Origin: Candidatus Poribacteria bacterium
GTDB taxonomy: Bacteria; Poribacteria; WGA-4E; WGA-3G
Assembly (NCBI GenBank): GCA_009841255.1
Contig: VXMD01000050.1
Span: 17,533 to 81,532, forward strand
DNA: 64,000 nt
Direction of reading: 5' to 3'
The notes below the pieces were generated by a model. It searched no databases. It was given only the letters and a program-made list of their open reading frames with translations, and was not told the origin of the DNA. Position 1 is the stretch's first letter. Every line of letters starts with the position of its first letter. Both the position numbers and the translations under genes were made by a program. Shown here piece after piece: positions 29,344 through 39,164 of this stretch.

Positions 29344-29460
29344 GTTAAGCAATTTTCGGTATTAAATATGCACATTGTCTGTCGATGATGGGCGGGGAAA
29401 CCCCGCCCCTACGGGGTCCACACCCATCAGAAAGGCAGAAAAATTGTTAATATTGCTTAG
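29344..29460. mobile_element. MITE-like intergenic element, second copy
   Basis: Same terminal inverted repeats. Internal perfect hairpin GGGCGGGG-AAA-CCCCGCCC. Confidence 0.55.
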
Positions 29461-29502
29461 ATGAAGATTAAGAATTTAATTCGGTAATTCCCCAAAGATG
29501 CC

Positions 29503-29523
29503 GGTGCGGTTACAAACCGCACC
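29503..29523. repeat. REP-like short hairpin GGTGCGGTT-ACA-AACCGCACC
   Basis: Same architecture as the 27039 copy with two compensatory base-pair changes. Flanked by the 10-bp inverted repeat TCGGTAATTC / GAATTACCGA. Confidence 0.5.
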
Positions 29524-29611
29524 TATCGGGTCTGGAGAAAGCACAGAATTACCGAAATATTTATTTAAACTCCATGAAACCGCACCGACCGTGTTTTATG
29601 ACGGGTAGCCT

Positions 29612-30565
29612 CTAATTATTTGTGCCGAAGCGTGCTTCATATTGTTCCCATACCTCATCGGGGAGTGGTGTGCTGGCGGCTCGGACGTTCGCCTCAAGCT
29701 GCTCGACATTGAGACTCCCGATGTTGTTGCCTTGAATCCGTTCTTCTTTCAGACAGAACTGGAGGGCAAGTTGAAGCAAACTAATTCCTTCTTCAACGCA
29801 CCATTCCCAAATTGGGTATGATGCTGCAACATCACCCTCTTTTTTCCAACGTCCCCTTGCAATCTCGGCGTCGAGATCGACACCTGTGAGGATGCCGCGC
29901 AGGATCGACCAACCGTTCATTACCCCGATGTCGTGTTCAGCGGCATAGGGAAGGATGGTGTCAGCAGCGGTCTGCCGGATGAGGTTATAGTCGTTGAAGC
30001 AGAGGATGAGGTCGATGTCGCCTGTCGCCATCGCCTTGAGGTGGAAATCGTGGGGACGCATCCCGTATCCGAGATGTCGGACGAGTCCACGCGCTTTACA
30101 CTGGAGCAACCCATCGAGCGTGCCTCCCTTTTCCAACGTGGGATCGATCTCGCCTGGGTCGTGGATAAGCATTCCGTCGAAATAATCTATGCCGAGGAGT
30201 TCGAGTTGGTCTTCGAGGTCGGCGATTGCGCGTTCGGCGGAATAATCGGGTCTCCCTTCTCCGTAGCCACCCCATTTCGCGGCGGAATGGCAACAGAGCC
30301 TTCCGGTGATGATGACATCCTCGCGCGGGATCTCTTTCAACGCCAGACCGAATTTGCGCATTGAATCCCCATAACAGCGTGCACAATCGAAGTGGTTCAC
30401 ACCGATGGAGACGGAGTGTTTAATGAGATCTACAGCCTCTTCATCCGAGACGGGACCGAAGTTGTTTCCAAATCCCTGCGTGCCGAACGGAACAACGGGG
30501 ATACTCAACTCCGTCCTCCCGAGGCGTCGCCTCGGGATTGTGGGAAGATCTTGATTGGTTGCCAT
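29612..30565 (-). CDS. aldo/keto reductase
   Basis: AKR fold motifs. 317 aa. Confidence 0.85.
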   Translation of the reverse strand: MATNQDLPTIPRRRLGRTELSIPVVPFGTQGFGNNFGPVSDEEAVDLIKHSVSIGVNHFDCARCYGDSMRKFGLALKEIPREDVIITGRLCCHSAAKWGGYGEGRPDYSAERAIADLEDQLELLGIDYFDGMLIHDPGEIDPTLEKGGTLDGLLQCKARGLVRHLGYGMRPHDFHLKAMATGDIDLILCFNDYNLIRQTAADTILPYAAEHDIGVMNGWSILRGILTGVDLDAEIARGRWKKEGDVAASYPIWEWCVEEGISLLQLALQFCLKEERIQGNNIGSLNVEQLEANVRAASTPLPDEVWEQYEARFGTNN

Positions 30566-30576
30566 AAAAATTCCTC

Positions 30577-31203
30577 TTAATATTTGTCTGAGCCTTCAAG
30601 CGGGAGTGGGACTGCCCAGATGTTCCGGTAGCGAACGTCGTTGCCGTGGTCTTGCAGTTTGAGTGGACCCGGTGTGGCGGCTTCTGAATCGATACTTCCG
30701 ACGGTTGCACCACCGAGTTGGGCGTTGTTGATAATGACCAAGCCGTTCTGAATGACGGTGATGCGTGGACCTTCAGTCATTGCGCCGGCATCGTCGAAGC
30801 GGGGGGCTCGGAAGATGATGTCGTAGGTCTGCCATTCAAGGGGCGGTTTGCAGGCGTTGACAAGCGGGGCGAACTGGTTGTAAATTGCGCCGCAATCGCC
30901 CATTCCCGGGACTGCAATGCCGTAAGAATCCAAGACTTGGACTTCATATCTGCCTTGGAGGAAGACACCGCTGTTGCCTTTCGCCTGTCCTGTTGCTTCA
31001 GGCATATCGGGACATCTGAATTCGACGTGAACGAAATGATCGGTGAAGGTTTCCTTGCTGATGACGTCGCCGCTGCGTGGGATCACGAGCATCGCGTCGC
31101 CTTCGACTTGCCAACCCGGCTCGCTGCCGTCTAAGCTTGTCCAGTTGCTGAGATCTGTGCCGTCAAAGAGGATGACTGCGGATTCTGGAGGTGTTTGTGC
31201 CAT
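30577..31203 (-). CDS. DUF1080 (3-keto-disaccharide hydrolase-like) domain protein
   Basis: WQVEGDAM...HFVHVEF...GNSGVFLQGRYEVQVLDSYG motifs typical of DUF1080. Confidence 0.75.
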   Translation of the reverse strand: MAQTPPESAVILFDGTDLSNWTSLDGSEPGWQVEGDAMLVIPRSGDVISKETFTDHFVHVEFRCPDMPEATGQAKGNSGVFLQGRYEVQVLDSYGIAVPGMGDCGAIYNQFAPLVNACKPPLEWQTYDIIFRAPRFDDAGAMTEGPRITVIQNGLVIINNAQLGGATVGSIDSEAATPGPLKLQDHGNDVRYRNIWAVPLPLEGSDKY

Positions 31204-31628
31204 GAGTTTTCCTTTCGTATGCTGTGGATGTGCACATTGATGTAGAGAAATGAGAATTTTCCACTATTTTAACGAAATTCGTTTTTTTGTCAAGCGACTG
31301 GATTGCGCGATTGCACCGTTTTATGGCTGCGATGGGAGAGCTTGAAGGACCGGAAAGTTCCTCACGCCGAGCGACGACGTAATTATCTTTGGAATTGACG
31401 GGACCTTGGGTTCCAAACCGTCTCATTTTTTGCTCCTGTTGTCTTCGGTGCAAAACATTGTATCAGGTTTCCGTGTGAAAGTCAATTCGCAATCGGCGAT
31501 CAGTTGTCATTAGCGGAACAAAGAGAAAAAACTTTTTGAAAAAACGAGGGTGTGGTATAATAAAATTGTATTTGGGCGCATTCGGTAGGACGCGCCTGCA
31601 ATTATAGAGAATTGAGAAGCGAAACGTT

Positions 31629-32711
31629 ATGCTAAAACCGAAACCCAGCATTGACACGATTCAGCCGTATCAGGGGGGTAAACCGATTGAAGAGGTCCGG
31701 CGCGAACTCGGCATTGCCGATATTATCAAGCTGGCGTCCAACGAAAATCCGTTAGGTCCTTCACCGTTGGCGATGCAGGCGATTGCGGAGAGTGTCACAC
31801 AGGTGCATCTGTACCCTGACGGTAACGCCTACTACCTCAAAGCGGATCTCGCGGCGTCCTTCGGGGTTTCTGCTGAACATCTAATTTTAGGGAACGGCTC
31901 GAACGACGTGCTACAACTCGTCGCCGAAGCCTACGTTGCACCGGGGGATGAGGTGATCTATGCGGCGGGTGCATTCGTCGTCTATAGTCTTGTGACGAAG
32001 TTGTGCAGTGCCACAGCAGTCGTCGTGCCGATGGTGGAACATACACACGATCTCTCTGCCATGGCAGCAGCGATTACCGATAAGACGAAGGTTATCTTCG
32101 TGGCGAATCCGAACAACCCTACCGGTACGATGGTCACAGCGGACGAGGCGGCGGCGTTTATGGAACAAGTGCCCGACAATGTGCTGGTCGTTTTTGACGA
32201 AGCCTATTATGAGTACGTCGACCGTCCAGACTACCCACAGACACTCCCTTATGTGCTGGAGGGACGGAACTTCATCATCACCCGAACGTTTTCTAAGATT
32301 TACGGACTTGCTGGGCTGCGCATCGGCTACGGCATCGCGCCTCCGCCGTTGGTTGAGACGTTAAATCGGGTGCGCCAACCCTTCAATTGCAGCTTGGTCG
32401 GACAAGCGGCGGCGCGAGCCGCACTCAAGGATACCGCACATGTTACGAAGAGCCGAGAAGAGAACGCTGTTGGTAAAGCCTTCCTCTACGAGGCGTTTGG
32501 CGATATGGGACTCCGGTATGTCGAAAGTGAGGGCAATTTCATCATGTTGCACCTCGAACGTTCGGGGGCGGAGATCGCTGACGCACTTCTGAAGGAAGGG
32601 GTCATCGTGCGCCCGATTGCGGGCTACGGCTATCCGAATGCGGTGCGCGTAACGATCGGCACACAGCAGGAAAACGAAAGATTCATCAAGGCTTTAAAAG
32701 TGGTCAACTGA
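31629..32711 (+). CDS. hisC: histidinol-phosphate aminotransferase
   Basis: Class II aminotransferase with YPD and TFSKIYGLAGLRIGY PLP-lysine region. Ends TGA TAA. Confidence 0.9.
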   Translation: MLKPKPSIDTIQPYQGGKPIEEVRRELGIADIIKLASNENPLGPSPLAMQAIAESVTQVHLYPDGNAYYLKADLAASFGVSAEHLILGNGSNDVLQLVAEAYVAPGDEVIYAAGAFVVYSLVTKLCSATAVVVPMVEHTHDLSAMAAAITDKTKVIFVANPNNPTGTMVTADEAAAFMEQVPDNVLVVFDEAYYEYVDRPDYPQTLPYVLEGRNFIITRTFSKIYGLAGLRIGYGIAPPPLVETLNRVRQPFNCSLVGQAAARAALKDTAHVTKSREENAVGKAFLYEAFGDMGLRYVESEGNFIMLHLERSGAEIADALLKEGVIVRPIAGYGYPNAVRVTIGTQQENERFIKALKVVN

Positions 32712-32726
32712 TAACTATAAAAAAAT

Positions 32727-33851
32727 ATGAAAGAACTGCTACAAATCAGCAATAAGCGTCCTACGCGAAAAATTATGGTAGGGAACGTCCCAATCGGCGG
32801 TGGCACCCCTATCTCCATCCAGACGATGACGACGACGCTGACGCGCGATGTCGATGCGACACTGGCACAGGTAGAGCGGTGTGCGGAGGCGGGCGCGCAG
32901 ATTGTCCGCGTTGCTGTCCCTGAAGAGCCGGATGCCAAGGCACTCGGTGCGCTTGTGAAGCGTGCCCCTGTACCCATAGTTTCGGATATCCATTTCAACT
33001 ACCGATATGCACTCGCCGCGGTAGACGCCGGAGTGGCGAAGGTTCGCATTAATCCGGGGAACATCGGGAGTGAAGAGCGGATTGCTGAGGTATTGTCTGC
33101 GGCGAAAGCGGCGAATATTCCGATCCGTATCGGGGTCAATGAGGGATCGCTTGAACGGGATCTCTTAGAGAAATATCCGTCCCCAACGGCGGAAGCGTTG
33201 GTGGAGAGTGCGATGCGGCACGTCAAGATTTGTGAGGAACACGATTTCAGGGACATCGCCATCTCCGTGAAATCGAGCGATCCACTTCGGATGATAGCCG
33301 CGAACCGTCAGTTTTCAGCGAAGGTCCCGTATCCGTTGCATCTCGGTGTGACAGAGGCGGGGACACCGCGGCGTTCGCACGTCAAATCGACACTCGGTAT
33401 CGGCACGTTGTTATTAGAGGGGATTGGTGACACCATCCGTATCTCGATTACCGGTGACCCCGTTGAGGAGGTCTTGACGGCGAAAGAGCTTCTTCGGGCA
33501 TTGGGTATGGCGGAAGACATGTTAGACGTTGTTTCCTGCCCGTTCTGCGGGCGCGGCGACCCTGCGGCGGACTATGAGAACATTGTGGCTGTCGCTGAGG
33601 AACTTTTAGAGAAACACGGCATCAAGATCCCAGTTGCTGTGATGGGGTGTGAAGTTAACGGTCCCGGTGAGACTCGCAACGCTGAGGTCGGTATCCATCT
33701 GGGGGGTAAGGAACTCGCCGTTCTGAAGGTTCGCGGTGAACGGGTGCGTACCTTCCGCGGGAAAGACGAGGTCAACCCCGAATTTTTGGCAAACGCATTG
33801 TTAGAGGCGGCACAACAGTTAGAGGCGCCGGATAATTCCCGCACAACATAA
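32727..33851 (+). CDS. ispG: 4-hydroxy-3-methylbut-2-en-1-yl diphosphate synthase
   Basis: GcpE family. Cysteine ligands CPFCGR...C. Confidence 0.9.
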   Translation: MKELLQISNKRPTRKIMVGNVPIGGGTPISIQTMTTTLTRDVDATLAQVERCAEAGAQIVRVAVPEEPDAKALGALVKRAPVPIVSDIHFNYRYALAAVDAGVAKVRINPGNIGSEERIAEVLSAAKAANIPIRIGVNEGSLERDLLEKYPSPTAEALVESAMRHVKICEEHDFRDIAISVKSSDPLRMIAANRQFSAKVPYPLHLGVTEAGTPRRSHVKSTLGIGTLLLEGIGDTIRISITGDPVEEVLTAKELLRALGMAEDMLDVVSCPFCGRGDPAADYENIVAVAEELLEKHGIKIPVAVMGCEVNGPGETRNAEVGIHLGGKELAVLKVRGERVRTFRGKDEVNPEFLANALLEAAQQLEAPDNSRTT

Positions 33852-33863
33852 CCAAAAACCATT

Positions 33864-35387
33864 GTGGAACATAGTGGAACGATGCGCAAAAACTTAATAC
33901 TTAAAACAATTCCTGTCCAGATTGGATTCCTCGCGCTATTTTTCTGCCTTTATCATCTATTCCTGTATTACGTCATGCGGGAGCTGTCCATCAATCTCGG
34001 TGCAGTACGGTTTGAAAGGCACATTTTGCCCCTTTATGCGGAACCGAGTTTCGACCTGAGTTGGTGGATACTGCCTGCCCTCGCCGTGTGTATCGGTTTT
34101 CTGTATCTGTCTCACAGATACCTGCTTTCGGGTGCGGAGAGTCGCCGATTGATCGGCATAGCGGTTATCTGCTTCCTTGCGATCCATATCAGCGTTGCCC
34201 AAATTGATGGTTACCGAGAGTTGGAACGGGATGGCGAGACGGAACGGGTCCTAACGCTCTTAGAGCCGTATACGCGCACTTCCTTGGAGTATTATGGCGA
34301 TGTGCCGCGTGTTAACGAACTCGGACTCCGCAGGTTTCTACGGGATTATAGCCAACCGGAATTATTTGATACCCTCTCAGGACACACGCGCACCCATCCG
34401 CCGGGGGGTGTGATTTTTTTATGGTTCTTTAGCAAAATCTTCGGTTACAATCTCCTATCGGCATCGTTGATCTCGATTCTCTTCACGGCAATTACAGTCA
34501 TCCCGATCTATCGCCTCGGCGAACATCTCTACGGCGAAAAGGTTGGTCGATATGCGCTGCTCCTTTTTCTGATTACTCCCAACTTTGTGATGTTCACTGG
34601 CACATCAATGGACGGTCCGTTCAGTGTTTTTCCGATCCTGAGCGTTTACCTGTTTTATAAAGCGCGACATCAAGAAACCTTATCGGACCAGACGTGGCAC
34701 GAATTCCGTCCTTATAGTTTATTAACGGGACTTTCACTTGCGCTTGGGATGTTCATGACGTATTCAACGGTCGTTGTGGGTGTCTTTTTCTGTGTTGTCG
34801 CCTTATTGGAGCGGAGACAGTTCAGACAGTATTTGAAGGTCTTGCTGTTCGCGGCTTCCGGATTTATCGGATTTTATCTGTTGCTTTTCGTCCTAACCGG
34901 ATTCCGTCCGATTGAGGCACTCTGGGCGGCTATCAAGAAAGATGAGTTGGGCATGGGGACGGGATATGAGAGCGTCGGGCGGTATTTCCACCTGAGTTTC
35001 GCGAACCTATTTGCGTTCCTTATCGGCGTGGGACTCCCGATAACGACTGTCTGGCTACGGCAGATTGTTGTCGTATTGAAGAAGTGGCGGCAGAATACGC
35101 GCGCGTCTGAGCAGGAGAGCGGTGGGACACGTGTTCCTTGGATATTCCGTCATGATGAAGTGTTGGACACGTTCGTTGTCGGTTTCCTCATCACGCTTCT
35201 CTACTTCACATTCTCGACGCTGTTTACGATGGAGGTCGAGCGGATCTGGATTTTCATGGTGCCATTTTTCGTGATTCCAGTTGCTAAATATCTCACAACG
35301 CGCCCGATATCCGATCTCTATTGGGTTGCAGGGATCCTCGTTGTGCAACTTATCGTCGGAGAGGTCCTTCTCTATACGTATTGGTAG
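33864..35387 (+). CDS. polytopic membrane protein (GT-C/PMT-like fold suspected)
   Basis: At least 12 hydrophobic helices. 507 aa. Confidence 0.5.
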   Translation: MEHSGTMRKNLILKTIPVQIGFLALFFCLYHLFLYYVMRELSINLGAVRFERHILPLYAEPSFDLSWWILPALAVCIGFLYLSHRYLLSGAESRRLIGIAVICFLAIHISVAQIDGYRELERDGETERVLTLLEPYTRTSLEYYGDVPRVNELGLRRFLRDYSQPELFDTLSGHTRTHPPGGVIFLWFFSKIFGYNLLSASLISILFTAITVIPIYRLGEHLYGEKVGRYALLLFLITPNFVMFTGTSMDGPFSVFPILSVYLFYKARHQETLSDQTWHEFRPYSLLTGLSLALGMFMTYSTVVVGVFFCVVALLERRQFRQYLKVLLFAASGFIGFYLLLFVLTGFRPIEALWAAIKKDELGMGTGYESVGRYFHLSFANLFAFLIGVGLPITTVWLRQIVVVLKKWRQNTRASEQESGGTRVPWIFRHDEVLDTFVVGFLITLLYFTFSTLFTMEVERIWIFMVPFFVIPVAKYLTTRPISDLYWVAGILVVQLIVGEVLLYTYW

Positions 35388-35547
35388 GGAGTAGTTGTCG
35401 GTCGTCAGTTCTTGGTTATCGGTAAAGAGGTTTTCGTCTCATAAAGGGTTACTCTTTGGAGTGTCGGAAGTTGTTGGTATCCTGCACACCCCCAGCTTGC
35501 GGGGGTAGGGGTGGCACAACCTAACAGGTTATGCTACGATAGGCTCA

Positions 35548-35783
35548 AAACCCGTAGCCCGTAAGCGTAGCGGAGGGCGGCTTTAAGGAACGCTCTTGAT
35601 AGTTGAAACGCACGTTACTTCTCCACAAGGTATTATTAAAATTCTTTGTGTCATTGATTCCATACCCGTAGCCCGTAAGCGTAGCGGAGGGCGGATTTGA
35701 GGAACGCTCTTGATAGTTGAAACGCACGTTACTTCTCCGCAAGGTAAAATTAAAAGATTAAAATTCTTTATGTTATTGATTCC
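35548..35783 (+). repeat. tandem duplication (2 x about 115 bp) of the leader-type element upstream of the GT4 gene
   Basis: Two adjacent copies of CCCGTAGCCCGTAAGCGTAGCGGAGGGCGG(A/C)TTT(G/A)AGGAACGCTCTTGATAGTTGAAACGCACGTTACTTCTCC(G/A)CAAGGTA...ATTCTTT(A/G)TG(T/)TATTGATTCCAT. The second copy ends at ATG 35784. Confidence 0.7.
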
Positions 35784-36854
35784 ATGACAAAGGACGGTGC
35801 CGAATCGCAACTGCTCAAGACGTTGGATCGGTTGCCACCGGAGCAGTATGAAGCGTCCGTTGTGCTGAGTCGTGCCGAAGGGGAACGCGTCAGGGAACTC
35901 GCCGCACTGCCCTGTGTGCGGGAAGTCGCAACGCTTGCAAGTGAAGGCAGACGCATGCGGTTGCTCGAAAAGGCGTTCGCACTTGGGGGTATTGTTAACG
36001 CTGTCAAGCCCGACATTGTGCATAGTTGGTTATGGTACTCCAATTTCCTCTGTGGACTCTCGCGTAAATTCGGACTGTGGCGACAGATTCCGTTCATCGC
36101 TTCGCAACGCGGCGACTACCATGCGCGATACGGGAAGTTTCGGCTCTATCTTACGGAGAAACTCATCTACAATGCCGCAGATGTCCTGCTGACGAACGCC
36201 GCGCAGATCCAACGACAACTCCACCAGCGGTATCCAGACAAAAAGGTTTTTAGTATCCCCAATCTATTGGAACTACCTGCCGAAACGTGGTCGCCGCACA
36301 CGTCTCCTCCCGAGGAAAAATTAATCGTAAGCGTCGGACGATTCGCCTCTGAAAAGGGGCATCGGTATCTGATTGAGGCGTTAAACTCGCTGAACCGAGC
36401 AGATGTCGCATGGCGGTGCAGGTTTCTCGGTGAGGGTGAACTGGAGGCGGAACTCCGAGCACTCACAACGGAATACGAACTCTCGGAACGGGTGGCGTTT
36501 CCAGGTTTTTGTGAAGATGTTTTTTCTGTGCTTTTGACGGCAGATGCGTTTGTGCTTCCGTCGTTGCACGAGAGTTCACCGAACGCATTGATCGAGGCGA
36601 TGGGAATCGGGATGCCGTGCATTGCATCGGATGTGGGAGGTATCGTGGATTTGATAGAAGATGGGAAGAACGGTATCCGAGTGCCACCACAGGATCCAGC
36701 GGCGTTAGCGGCGGCACTATATCAGGTGCTGACGGAGCCTGATCTTGCGAGTGAATTGGGTAAGAATGCCCGCGCGACGATTCAGGAGAAGTTTGATAGT
36801 GCGGCGTCTCTTCGGAAATTAGAAGGCGTTTATCGGCAATTGTTCGTTGAGTAA
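35784..36854 (+). CDS. glycosyltransferase family 4
   Basis: GT4 C-terminal motif EAMGIGMPCIASDVGGIVDLIEDGKNGIRVPPQD. Confidence 0.8.
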   Translation: MTKDGAESQLLKTLDRLPPEQYEASVVLSRAEGERVRELAALPCVREVATLASEGRRMRLLEKAFALGGIVNAVKPDIVHSWLWYSNFLCGLSRKFGLWRQIPFIASQRGDYHARYGKFRLYLTEKLIYNAADVLLTNAAQIQRQLHQRYPDKKVFSIPNLLELPAETWSPHTSPPEEKLIVSVGRFASEKGHRYLIEALNSLNRADVAWRCRFLGEGELEAELRALTTEYELSERVAFPGFCEDVFSVLLTADAFVLPSLHESSPNALIEAMGIGMPCIASDVGGIVDLIEDGKNGIRVPPQDPAALAAALYQVLTEPDLASELGKNARATIQEKFDSAASLRKLEGVYRQLFVE

Positions 36855-36900
36855 GAAATGTCTATTGTTTGTAATTCTTTAGGACCTGCAAGGTGGAACG

Positions 36901-37230
36901 GTGGTTAGGCAATTCTGGACGAATTTAGTTGAATTAGACATTCTTACGATATTCTATGTTTTCGTTGGGCTCGGTTTCATTGGAGTCGTTTATGATCTTT
37001 GTTCACTCATACGGCGGAAGCGTTTTGGAGAAAGATACCTCTCAAAATTCAAAGAGTTCATGGACTGTGGTCCGTATAATCCTTATAAAACGGAACATCA
37101 CCAGTGGTTACGCCATAATTTAACAAGGATGAAAAGTGGGATGGAGGGGGATGGCTTTTGGATATCTACAGTCTTGCTTCTGGTGATTATCCGTTCCAAG
37201 ATGCTGATATGTTATCCGATACACTGGTAA
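36901..37230 (+). CDS. hypothetical small membrane protein
   Basis: ORF with one TM helix, located downstream of the glycosyltransferase. Weak support. Confidence 0.3.
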   Translation: MVRQFWTNLVELDILTIFYVFVGLGFIGVVYDLCSLIRRKRFGERYLSKFKEFMDCGPYNPYKTEHHQWLRHNLTRMKSGMEGDGFWISTVLLLVIIRSKMLICYPIHW

Positions 37231-37541
37231 ATATTACGCTATATTCTGATAAAGAATTGGCAAAGACGCAAGCTATTTTGGAAATTTATGTCAGCGAACT
37301 TGCGACGCTGATTTCTCGCAGATTGTGGAGATTAGTTAATCCGTTTTTTTGGCTTCGGCGAACGATGCGTTTAATTATATTGGACGGGCCTTTTTGGATC
37401 CTACAGTCAGTTGGCGTAATAAGTGGTAACGCTGAAAATAAAATCAGATACTACTCGATAGTTAGCAAGGTTATGAGTGTGCTCGTCGTTTTGGCAACAC
37501 TGTTTGGTCTTGTAAGAATTTTGACCGATATTTTCGGATAG
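37158..37541 (+). CDS. hypothetical small membrane protein
   Basis: ORF overlapping the previous one in another frame. Two hydrophobic segments. Weak support. Confidence 0.3.
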   Translation: MDIYSLASGDYPFQDADMLSDTLVNITLYSDKELAKTQAILEIYVSELATLISRRLWRLVNPFFWLRRTMRLIILDGPFWILQSVGVISGNAENKIRYYSIVSKVMSVLVVLATLFGLVRILTDIFG

Positions 37542-37590
37542 GCATGGCTATCGAAGTGAATTCTTGGCTTCTTGTGGGATGATGTGATAG

Positions 37591-38484
37591 ATGCGTAATT
37601 TTCTAAAAAATGTGGTAGCAATTTTTGTGTGTCTATCGGGAATGCCTATTCTCATTCGGGAATGGGTGTGTCGACATCGGGTGGCTATCCTGCTGTATCA
37701 CGACCCGAAACCGGCGATTTTCGCGAAACATATCGCCTATCTCTCGCGCCATTATACGATTATCCCACTGGATTCGCTTGTCTCCGCTCTCCACCAAAAT
37801 GACTTCTCGCAGATCCCCCCGAAAAGTGTTGTGATTACAATCGACGACGGACACGCTGGGAATATCGCACTCCTGCCGATTTTCAGGCAGTACCGTATCC
37901 GTCCGACGCTCTATGTCTGCACACAGATTGTTAATACACACCGGCATTTCTGGTTCAAGATAGACGGACAATCTAAGGCGGAGAAGGAGAGGCTGAAAAG
38001 ACTCTCAAATGCGGAACGGTTGGCGCACCTCAAGCGGACTACGGATTTTGAACCTGAAAAGGTGTATCCAGAGAGGCAGGCACTCACAATCGCGGAAATG
38101 AAAGAGATGGCGGAACGCGTTGACTTTCAGCCGCATACCCGATTCCATCCGATCCTCCCACGCTGTACGGAGACGGAGTGTCGACATGAGGTGCTTAAGA
38201 GCAAAACGGATTTGGAAACGCTTTTGGGGATTATGTGTTCGCATTTCAGTTACCCGAACGGCGATTATACGGAACGCGAGGTTGAAATTGTGAAGGCAGG
38301 TGAGTTCTGTTCAGCACGCACGACGGATATCGGGTGGAACACATTGGATACGCCGCTGTATCGGCTGAAGGCTGTTCCGATCACGGATGACGCTGGACTG
38401 ACCCTCTTCCGTTCAGAGCTCACAACGATTTCGCAACGGCTCAGCAGGTGGATGAATTCTTTGCTGTGGGGAGACATCGCGTGA
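37591..38484 (+). CDS. polysaccharide deacetylase (NodB-like) family protein
   Basis: VVITIDDGHAGN motif. Confidence 0.75.
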   Translation: MRNFLKNVVAIFVCLSGMPILIREWVCRHRVAILLYHDPKPAIFAKHIAYLSRHYTIIPLDSLVSALHQNDFSQIPPKSVVITIDDGHAGNIALLPIFRQYRIRPTLYVCTQIVNTHRHFWFKIDGQSKAEKERLKRLSNAERLAHLKRTTDFEPEKVYPERQALTIAEMKEMAERVDFQPHTRFHPILPRCTETECRHEVLKSKTDLETLLGIMCSHFSYPNGDYTEREVEIVKAGEFCSARTTDIGWNTLDTPLYRLKAVPITDDAGLTLFRSELTTISQRLSRWMNSLLWGDIA

Positions 38485-39164
38485 CAGAATGGCATCGTGC
38501 ATACATTCAGAATGCTTACCGCGAGTTAGAAGAGGGGACAACGCGTAATCAACTCGATACTTTGAACATTGATGCTACCGGCAAAAGGGTGTTAGATGTC
38601 GGGTGTGGAGCCGGGAATCTTCTTGTTGCCCTCTCCACCGATACACCCGAACTCCTTGTGGGTGTCGATGTAGATGCGGTCTTCTTGACGTACGGACGTT
38701 CTCAAATCGGGGAGTTCGTAGCACCCTTTTCTGCAGATCCTGTTTTGCTGCGTGCCGCGCTTCCGAATCTGCCGTTCGCAGACGAAACTTTTGATGTGGT
38801 CACCTGTTTCCTTGTCATGCCGCATGTGCCGGACGACAAAGCCGCCTTAATGGAGTTGGCGCGAGTCTTGAAACCCGGCGGCACCCTCGCGATCTCTGGA
38901 CACGGTTTGGGATTTCCGCTCCGGTATCTCAAGCGTTTCAGACTGAAGCCGTTACAGATGTACCTCGCCAGTCTGATTTATGGATGCACGGGGAAAAAAT
39001 GGATTCGGAACACACTTCAAAACGACAGGAAAATCTGCGACCTCTTAAAGCGTATCGGCGTGGTGCCCGAGATGCGGCACTACAACAAACGGGTGCTTGG
39101 ATGCGTTGCGACTTACTGGATTAAGGCGATTAAGAGTGATGTGAGTCCTAAAGCGACACAGTAA
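38448..39164 (+). CDS. class I SAM-dependent methyltransferase
   Basis: VLDVGCGAGNL motif I and LKPGG motif. Confidence 0.8.
   Translation: MDEFFAVGRHRVTEWHRAYIQNAYRELEEGTTRNQLDTLNIDATGKRVLDVGCGAGNLLVALSTDTPELLVGVDVDAVFLTYGRSQIGEFVAPFSADPVLLRAALPNLPFADETFDVVTCFLVMPHVPDDKAALMELARVLKPGGTLAISGHGLGFPLRYLKRFRLKPLQMYLASLIYGCTGKKWIRNTLQNDRKICDLLKRIGVVPEMRHYNKRVLGCVATYWIKAIKSDVSPKATQ

Noticed and set aside
35548-35783. Tandem repeats here and at 44220..45131 as possible CRISPR arrays
   Set aside because: The units are about 115 bp and 228 bp. There are no short unique spacers, and the 228-bp units are coding Ig-like domains. No cas genes were seen.
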